Positions 40,265-47,119 of a stretch of DNA of 47,119 bases are shown piece after piece. Under the pieces are notes generated by a model. It worked only from the letters and a program-made list of their open reading frames with translations. It was not told where the DNA came from and searched no databases. Positions within the stretch are counted from its first letter, which is position 1. The number at the start of each line of letters is the position of its first letter. This stretch comes from an uncultured delta proteobacterium (lineage in GTDB: Bacteria > Desulfobacterota > Binatia > UBA9968): NCBI GenBank assembly GCA_963755715.1, contig CAVWLW010000039.1:1-47119 (forward strand), written 5' to 3'. Both the position numbers and the translations under genes were made by a program.

Positions 40265-42085
40265 GTGAGTTGGTTGCTGCAGCAGTGGGAGAAACTGCGA
40301 AATTCTTTGGTTCACACGCCGCAGGCCTTGCGGCTCGTTTGGCAAGCGAATCACGTTGCGACCTTGGGTTTGGGCTTTCTGACGATCGGCGGCGCGCTCC
40401 TGCCGGCGACTCAAGCCTGGGTCGGCAAGCTGATCGTCGACGGTGTCGTCGCTTCGATCCAGCACGGAAATAATGCGGAACAAGCAAGGACGGTTTTTTA
40501 CTATCTACTGCTCGAACTCTGCCTGTTTTTACTCAGCACCGGCATCAATCACTCGCGCCGGCTGATCCAGCAGTTGATCCAGCTCCAGCTCGCCAACCAG
40601 ATTCGGAGCGAAATTATCCGTAAAGCGCTGACGTTGGACTTGGCTTTTTTCGAACACCCCGACTACTACGATCGCTTGCAGAACGCGCGCCGCGAGGGCA
40701 GCTACAAGCCGGTCGAGCTGATCAACGACACGTTTCAAATCGTCCAGAACATGATCACTTTGATCTCGTTCGCCGCGCTAATGCTGCGCTTTAGTCCGTG
40801 GCTGGTTTTGATTCTCTTGGCGACGAGCATTCCCGCGTTCATTGCCGAGACGCGTTTTTCCGAGCAGGGGTTTCGCCTGCTCACCAGGCGCGCGCCGGAA
40901 ACGCGCCAGATCAACTATCTGGCGCGGCTACTGACCGAAGATACCGCGGCCAAAGAAATCAAGCTCTTCAATCTCGGCAACACGCTGCTGGCGCGGTACA
41001 TGACGCTGTTCGATAAGTTTTTCCGAGAAGACAAATCGCTTGCGGTCCGGCGGGCGGTGGTCGGATTTGGTTTGGGATTGGTCGCGACGTTGGGATTTTA
41101 CGGCTCTTACGCCTGGATTGTCTGGCGCACCGTCCAGGGATCGATTTCGCTCGGCGATATGACGCTGTATCTGAGCATCTTTCGTCAGGGGCAAACCACT
41201 TTTCAATCGATTCTCGCCGGCATCGGTAACATTTACGAGAATAATCTCTTTATGGCCCATTATTTCGAATTCCTCGAGCTAAAACCGCAGATGCAAGTTG
41301 CCGCGCCGCGGCAGAAACTGCCGGTGTCGTTGATTCGAGGCATCGAATTTCGCGGCGTAGGTTTTCGCTACCCAGAAAGCGACGAGTGGGTATTGCGCGG
41401 CATCGATCTGAAGATTCCTCCCGGCGAGAAGATCGCGCTCGTCGGCCACAACGGCGCGGGAAAAACTACGCTGATCAAGCTTTTGAGCCGGCTCTACGAC
41501 CCGACCGAAGGCGCGATCTTGCTCGATGGCATCGATATTCGTGAGCTCGATCCGATCGAGCTCAGACAAAAGATCGGCGTCATCTTTCAAGACTTTGTCC
41601 GCTATCATCTGCCGGTCAGCGAAAACATCGGCTTCGGCCAGATCGAAGCGGCCGACCGCATGGACAGGATCGTCGAATCCGCCCGCAAGAGCGGCGCCGA
41701 CGCGATGATCGAAGGTTTACCCGAAGGTTATCAGACTCTGCTTGGCCGCTGGTTTCACGGCGGCCACGAGCTGTCGCTCGGGCAATGGCAGCGCGTCGCG
41801 CTGGCGCGCGCCTTCATGCGCGACGCGGAGATCTTGGTCCTGGACGAGCCCACCGCCTCGCTGGATGCCCGGACCGAATATGAAATCTTTCAGCACTTCA
41901 AAGAGCTCACCGCCGGGAAAATGGCGATCTTGATCTCACATCGATTTTCCACGGTGCGCATGGCCGATCGCATCGTCGTAATTCAAGGCGGGCAGATCGT
42001 GGAAATCGGCAGCCATGAAGAGCTGCTGCGAATGGAAGGAACCTACGCACAACTGTTCAGCATGCAGGCGGAAGGATACCGCTAG
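40265..42085 (+). CDS. ABC exporter, fused permease/ATP-binding protein
   Basis: GGGAGG RBS before GTG; TM domain; GHNGAGKTT, IGVIFQDF, LSLGQWQRVALARAF, LVLDEPT, ISHRFSTVR. Confidence 0.93.
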   Translation: MSWLLQQWEKLRNSLVHTPQALRLVWQANHVATLGLGFLTIGGALLPATQAWVGKLIVDGVVASIQHGNNAEQARTVFYYLLLELCLFLLSTGINHSRRLIQQLIQLQLANQIRSEIIRKALTLDLAFFEHPDYYDRLQNARREGSYKPVELINDTFQIVQNMITLISFAALMLRFSPWLVLILLATSIPAFIAETRFSEQGFRLLTRRAPETRQINYLARLLTEDTAAKEIKLFNLGNTLLARYMTLFDKFFREDKSLAVRRAVVGFGLGLVATLGFYGSYAWIVWRTVQGSISLGDMTLYLSIFRQGQTTFQSILAGIGNIYENNLFMAHYFEFLELKPQMQVAAPRQKLPVSLIRGIEFRGVGFRYPESDEWVLRGIDLKIPPGEKIALVGHNGAGKTTLIKLLSRLYDPTEGAILLDGIDIRELDPIELRQKIGVIFQDFVRYHLPVSENIGFGQIEAADRMDRIVESARKSGADAMIEGLPEGYQTLLGRWFHGGHELSLGQWQRVALARAFMRDAEILVLDEPTASLDARTEYEIFQHFKELTAGKMAILISHRFSTVRMADRIVVIQGGQIVEIGSHEELLRMEGTYAQLFSMQAEGYR

Positions 42086-42226
42086 ACGATGTTTGGGAAA
42101 CTAAGTTGCCCGCGCCGAACCTTGCGGGCAAGAAGGATCATTGCGTAAAGTGTCGCTGCATGAAATCCGCGGCGGCGTAAGGAAGTTCAAAAGCTGGCTG
42201 ATCGAGGTCAGCAGAGGAGCTAGCGA

Positions 42227-43213
42227 ATGAGTCTTTATCGGTTCTACGCGTCGGTTTTCCTCGGAGTTCTGTTCAGTTCGAGCTCCACGCTTTGGAGCGC
42301 CGAGACGTTTCGTGTCGGCTTCCCCTCACTCGCCACCGGCTTCGCCCCGTCATGGGTGGCGGCCGACAAAGGCATCTGGAAAAAGCATGGCCTCGACGTT
42401 GAGTTGATTTTCTTGCGCGGCGGATCGCGCACGGTTTCGGCTTTGATCGGCGGCAGCGTCGATTTTATCATCGGCTCGGATCTCGGCGTCACCACTGCGA
42501 TACTTCAGGGGGCCGCTCTTACCCGCGTCGGCGTGACGACCAATACTTTGGGATATTCGATGGTCACTCAGCCCGGCATCAAGACGGTGCGCGATCTTAG
42601 AGGAAAAATAGTCGGTATCACTCCCGGGCGCGACGCCGCTTACGCCCGAGTGGTCAAACTTTTGCGCGATAACGGCATGGACGCGAGCAAAGACGTAACT
42701 TTTCTCTCGGTCGGCGACGGCGGTCCGGCGGCGCGCGTGGCGGCCCTATCCAGCGGCGTCATTCACGCGACCATGTTTACGCCGCCCTCGGATCGGATCT
42801 CGGAGAAAGCGGGCATGCGCATCCTCGCGAAGATCGACGTAGCGAACGTCGGTGGCGGCTTGAATACGTCGACGGCGGTCTTGCAAAAGAGCCGGTCGCA
42901 GCTCTTACGTTTTCTGCGCGGCTATATGGAAGCGATTCAATATTTGCAGAATAACAAGGACGAGAGCCTGAAGATTTTTTCCAAATACGTGCGCAATCCC
43001 GATCTCGGCATCATGGCGTATCTGTACGACGAGATTTCTTCTCGCGTCGAGCGCGGCTTGCGTCCGCAGGCCGATGCGGTGCGCGCGTTGCTGGATCTGG
43101 CGGCGTTGGATTTTCCGCAAGCGAAACGCCTGAGTGAAAAGGACAACTGGGATTTGAGCCTGATCGACGAGATTTCAAAGTCCGGCTTCCTGGATCAACT
43201 TTATAAGTCGTAA
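42227..43213 (+). CDS. NMT1/SsuA-like ABC SBP
   Basis: Signal peptide; IWKKHGLDVELIF, ALIGGSVDF, IKTVRDLRGKIVGI. Confidence 0.92.
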   Translation: MSLYRFYASVFLGVLFSSSSTLWSAETFRVGFPSLATGFAPSWVAADKGIWKKHGLDVELIFLRGGSRTVSALIGGSVDFIIGSDLGVTTAILQGAALTRVGVTTNTLGYSMVTQPGIKTVRDLRGKIVGITPGRDAAYARVVKLLRDNGMDASKDVTFLSVGDGGPAARVAALSSGVIHATMFTPPSDRISEKAGMRILAKIDVANVGGGLNTSTAVLQKSRSQLLRFLRGYMEAIQYLQNNKDESLKIFSKYVRNPDLGIMAYLYDEISSRVERGLRPQADAVRALLDLAALDFPQAKRLSEKDNWDLSLIDEISKSGFLDQLYKS

Positions 43214-43251
43214 ATCGATTCAAAAATCGCCGCTCATGAGAGGAGTCGCTT

Positions 43252-44256
43252 ATGCCTAACCGGCTCTCAGGGATTGCCACGTGGTTTCTGCTACAGGGGA
43301 TTGCCTTTTTGTCCGTCGGTTATGCCGCGTCGCCGTCGGAAACTCTCACCATCGGTTACTCGTCTTTTTCCGGCCACTACGTGCCGCTCTGGATTGCCGT
43401 AGACGACCGCCTGGGTAAGAAATACGGTCTCGATCTCAAGGCCGTGTATGCGGGCCGCGCGCGGCCACAACAGTTGTTGATCAGCGGCGAGACGCCGCTG
43501 GTGGTTGCGACCGGCACTGGAGCTCTGACGTCGCACGTGCTGGGGGTCAAAGATCAGGTGATTATTTTGGTGTTCGTCAACAAAGTGCCCGGCGTGATCG
43601 TCACCAGACCGGAAATCAAGAGCGCGGAAGATCTGCGTGGCAAAGTGATCGGCACCGGGCGACCGGGCGCCTTGGCCGACACCATGGTGCGCTACGTGCT
43701 GCGCGGTAAGTTGAATCTCGCGCCTGATCGCGACGTGAAATTACTGCCGGTCGGCGAACCGGCCTTGGCATTACAATCGATGGAGCGGGGAGTCGTCGAC
43801 GCTGCGTCGTTTTCCGGGCCGCAGGCGCTGATGGCCAAGAAAATGGGATTTCGCGAATTGGTGAGCTACGAAAAACTCGGCATCGTCTATCCCTACAATA
43901 CGGTTACGACGCTACGTCAGACCGTCGGCAAGAATCCCGAATTGCTCGAGAGAGTCCTGAAAACTTTGATCGAGGGAATTTCCATCTTCAAGAGCAACAA
44001 GCAAAAGAGCATTGCCGTCTGGCGCAAATATTTGCGCGGCGCCAGCGACGACGTTTTGGAAGAATCGTACCAGGCGACTCTCGGCGAGCTGGAACAGGTG
44101 CCGCTGCCGTCGTTGCCAGTGATCAAGAGCGGCTTGGACATCCTTTCGCTCGAATATCCGCAAGCCAAACAAACCGACCCGGCGCCGATTATCGACCCGT
44201 CGATCGTGCGCCGCATCGAACAGAGTGGCTTCATCGACGCGCTTTACAAGAAGTAA
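43252..44256 (+). CDS. NMT1/SsuA-like ABC SBP, paralogue 4 of 4 (1005 bp)
   Basis: Signal peptide; LGKKYGLDLKAVYAGRARPQQLL; LSLEYPQAKQTDP. Confidence 0.92.
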   Translation: MPNRLSGIATWFLLQGIAFLSVGYAASPSETLTIGYSSFSGHYVPLWIAVDDRLGKKYGLDLKAVYAGRARPQQLLISGETPLVVATGTGALTSHVLGVKDQVIILVFVNKVPGVIVTRPEIKSAEDLRGKVIGTGRPGALADTMVRYVLRGKLNLAPDRDVKLLPVGEPALALQSMERGVVDAASFSGPQALMAKKMGFRELVSYEKLGIVYPYNTVTTLRQTVGKNPELLERVLKTLIEGISIFKSNKQKSIAVWRKYLRGASDDVLEESYQATLGELEQVPLPSLPVIKSGLDILSLEYPQAKQTDPAPIIDPSIVRRIEQSGFIDALYKK

Positions 44257-44442
44257 ATCGAAGTGCCCTCGCGTGGAGTCGGCATGCTCACGGCGCGTTT
44301 ACGATCTGGGGAAAGGGATCACGGCACCAAAGTAAGCGGCAGGTCGCGCACGTGTTGGGCGTGGACGATGCCTTTCGAAAAGCTCTTTGCTGCTCCGCTT
44401 AGCAATTGCCATGCGCCGCCGGCGGCGCGACTACTGATAATA

Positions 44443-45577
44443 TCAGCCCAACGCGGCGATCTCGGCCATGCTGGCGTCGAAGGTGATTTTTTCGTTGTGC
44501 TCGGATCGGCGCAGAATCCAGAACGGATCTTTGCCAGCGCGGACCGCATCGATGGACTCCTTGATCGTATTGCGCAGCAGGATGACGCCTTGATCCGAGG
44601 CGCCGAGATGCTCTTTGCTGCGGTCGTAGATATCACCTTGGCTTTCCTGGGCGACCCGGTCTTGATCGTGCGAGGCGATGCCCCACCAGCCGTCCTCGAC
44701 GCGCGTATAAACTCCGGGTTTGTCGTCTTCGAAGCCGACGGTTTTAAGAATGAGCGGTTTGCCGCGGTTGGCTTCATCGTACGGCGTGAAGCGCAACCAA
44801 AAGGTCGTCGTTTTGGTATCGTCGGTCGGCACGCGGAAACGAATGGCATGGTCGGGGACGCGTCCTTTGCGCGCGGTGGTGTGACGCGTATGTGAAGGGA
44901 AGACCCAATGCGAATGCTTGGGCTTCGAAACGCCCGGCACATGCATCGTTATTTTCGCGCCGTAGGCGGTTTTTTCCCAGCCGATCTCCGGCCGCTTCAA
45001 AGCCATATGCGGATACTCCGGCGCATGGAGCGCGACCAGATGAGTTTGGTCGACGGAATTCTCGGCGCGCTGGAGCCAGTTACAATATTCCGTGCCGGCG
45101 CCGATCACGCGCTCGCCATTCTCTTCGAAAAACAAATCATAGGGCGGCAAAAGCGGCGCGGGATTCTGGGCCGATATAAGCGAAAATAAAGCCGGCGATC
45201 TCTTGAGCTTTATACGCCGGGTGTTGGATACGATCTTTGAAGGTGCTGTCCGCGGGTTCGGCGGGTTGCTCGAGGCAACGGCCGTTCACGTCATAAAGCC
45301 AGCCGTGGTAACAGCAGCGGATGCCTTGATCCTCCACTCGGCCGAATTCCAGCGACGTGCCGCGATGCGAGCAATGTAAATCAACAAGGCCGAGCCGCCC
45401 GCCGCCGTCACGGAAGAGCACGAAATCTTCGCCCAGCAAGCGGATCTTAGTCGGGCTGCTTTTTTCTTTGACAAGCGCGCTGAATCCTACCGGCCACCAA
45501 TAACGGCGCAGCATTTCCCCGGCGGGCGTGCCGGGTCCGACTCGGGTGAGCAGCTCGTTTTCTTCTTTGGAAAGCAT
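44443..45577 (-). CDS. Rieske non-heme iron oxygenase alpha subunit (phthalate 4,5-dioxygenase-like; indel near 45165)
   Basis: MLSKEENELLTRVGPGTPAGEMLRRYWWP, HCSHRG...CCYHGW (Rieske), CNWLQRAENSVDQTHLVALH, QDRVAQESQG, EHLGASD. Confidence 0.93.
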
Positions 45578-45649
45578 CGACAAAACCTCCGAAGTCACTC
45601 GATAAAGGCAGGGTTCAATCGTTCAAACGCGCTCGAGAAATTCCATGGC

Positions 45650-46740
45650 TCACGAGCCCTTCAATATTTTCGCCAATTCCTCTTTGAACTGGAGTCCTTC
45701 GGCGTCTTCGGTTTTGAGATAATAACCGATCGATAGTTTCGGCTCCTGGACGGCGACTTTATTTTCTTTAAGATATTTCTGCATGATGGTTCCCTCGACC
45801 AGATGCGAGCTGCGCGACTCGTGTTTTTGCAGGACGCCTTGCGCTTCCTTGGTGGTCATGAAGGCGACGAAAAGCTTGGCCAAATTGGGATGGACGGTGT
45901 TCTTCGGGACGCTCAGTTGAAAATAGTCCGTGTTGATCGGCGTCACGCCCGGCACGGCAACCAGCGGCGCGCCCTTGGGCTGCCAGGTCCACATGGCGCT
46001 CAGCGCGTCGCCGAAATTCGCCATGATGGGAAATTCACCGCTGACGACCCGCTCCTCTTCGCTGTAGCGTAAACGTCCGCCGCTGATCGCGACGAGCTTG
46101 CGCGCGTAGTCCTTGACTTTATCCTGTCCCCAAACAAGCGACAGCTCCGCGAGCCACGCGACGTAAGGCGGGATAGCGATCTTGCCGGTCCAGGTCGGGC
46201 TCAACTTCGGGTCGATCAAGTCGGCATAATTTTTCGGCGCCTTGTCTTTGGAAATCAAGTTGGCGTTGTACACAATGCCGTTGGGTGAAGTGTAGGTTAG
46301 CACCGTTTCACCGGGAAAAATTTCCATCTCTTTGGTCACCCAGGAAAAGATTCCTGAATAATTTACTTTCTCAAGCGCGTTTTCCCTATGAAGGAGCGCC
46401 TGATGGGACTGGGATCCGAGGAAAATATCCGACGAGACCTTCCGTCCCGATTTGATCTCCGTGATATGCCTCGCGGCGCGTGCGTTCATGTCGGGTCCCG
46501 CGGCGAAGCTGATCTTCATGCTAAGGCCGTAGCGCTTGTTAAACGCCGTTTCGAGTTCTGCGAGTCCCTTGCGTCCGCCGAAGGTTTGCGCCCCGGCGAT
46601 GAAGACCAGCTCGTCTTCTTTTTTGCGCCGGCGATCAGCGATTCCATCGTGTCGGCAGCGTGGAGATGTGACGCGGTAAAAAGCGCCAACGCGAGCAGTG
46701 GCAGGTTGAGACGAGATGATAAATTCACGAAGCGTTTCAC
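45650..46740 (-). CDS. Extracellular solute-binding protein (indel near 46620)
   Basis: Signal LPLLALALFTASHLHA; LIAGAKK; APKNYADLIDP..WTGKIAI, HPNLAKLFVAF. Confidence 0.85.
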
Positions 46741-46753
46741 GACCGACCTCTGA

Positions 46754-47119
46754 TCAGCTCACCTGAAATTCACCGGGCACGGGGCTGAGCATTTCGTTTT
46801 TTGCCGGATCGCGGATGATTCCCACCGGATCTTTACCATTCTCTACCGCTTCGATGCATTGTTTGAACATGCGCCGAAGGACGATCACGCCTTCGTCCGA
46901 CACGCCGAGATGTTCGCCACTGCGGTCGAAAACCGGCCCCTGGCTTTCCTGAGCGCAACGATCCTGGTCGCCGCGCGCGATCCAGCCGGTCTCTTCGTCC
47001 CAGCGGTATTTGCCCGGTGTGCTATCGCCCAAGCCCTGGTCCGACTGGTCCTTGGGCATTTTCGCAGTCATTTTGCCGTCGACGATCGGCGCAAAGTAGA
47101 GCGTGAAGTGCATCGTATT
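46754..47119 (-). CDS. C-terminal part of a second Rieske oxygenase (runs off the window)
   Basis: DQDRCAQESQGPVFDRSGEHLGVSDEGVIVLRR...VENGKDPVG parallels the C-terminus of 44443..45577. Confidence 0.85.
   Translation of the reverse strand, partial: NTMHFTLYFAPIVDGKMTAKMPKDQSDQGLGDSTPGKYRWDEETGWIARGDQDRCAQESQGPVFDRSGEHLGVSDEGVIVLRRMFKQCIEAVENGKDPVGIIRDPAKNEMLSPVPGEFQVS

Noticed and set aside
42106-42131. Hairpin TTGCCCGC...GCGGGCAA as an intrinsic terminator
   Set aside because: 8-bp stem but no U-tract on either strand.
131-46740. Frameshifts in more than a dozen genes read as programmed frameshifting, phase variation or mass pseudogenisation
   Set aside because: They are isolated indels in otherwise well-conserved genes of unrelated function, with almost no nonsense substitutions. 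This is the pattern of unpolished long-read consensus. Only dipZ and the SDR show true decay.

Overview
GC-rich bacterial chromosomal segment with about 45 genes; I see no rRNA, tRNA, CRISPR array or intact transposase. The gene content resembles Binatota/'Deltaproteobacteria' MAGs (inference). It is dominated by 17 substrate-binding-protein (SBP)-fold genes, 15 of which have no cognate permease in the window. These include four same-strand paralogues, each exactly 1005 bp and spaced about every 5 kb, and three SBP-fold proteins with no signal peptide that may be cytoplasmic enzymes or sensors. Also present: a molybdate locus (XRE-HTH/PBP regulator, acetolactate-decarboxylase-like gene, mop, modABC); a decayed dipZ-msrA-SDR patch; a FecCD-type ABC importer with a Fur-like palindrome; a stand-alone metacaspase next to an unusual lipoprotein with a hydrophobic hairpin and Ig-like repeats; cysteine dioxygenase and pirin; MmgE/PrpD; a MetE-like protein; an MFS transporter; an orphan glutamate-mutase reactivase (GlmL); an LLM oxidoreductase; and two Rieske oxygenases. 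Intergenic spaces carry REP/MITE-like palindromes and short 7-9 nt repeats. Many genes are split by single-base indels, most likely long-read assembly errors. All family calls are from motif recognition by eye, not database searches.
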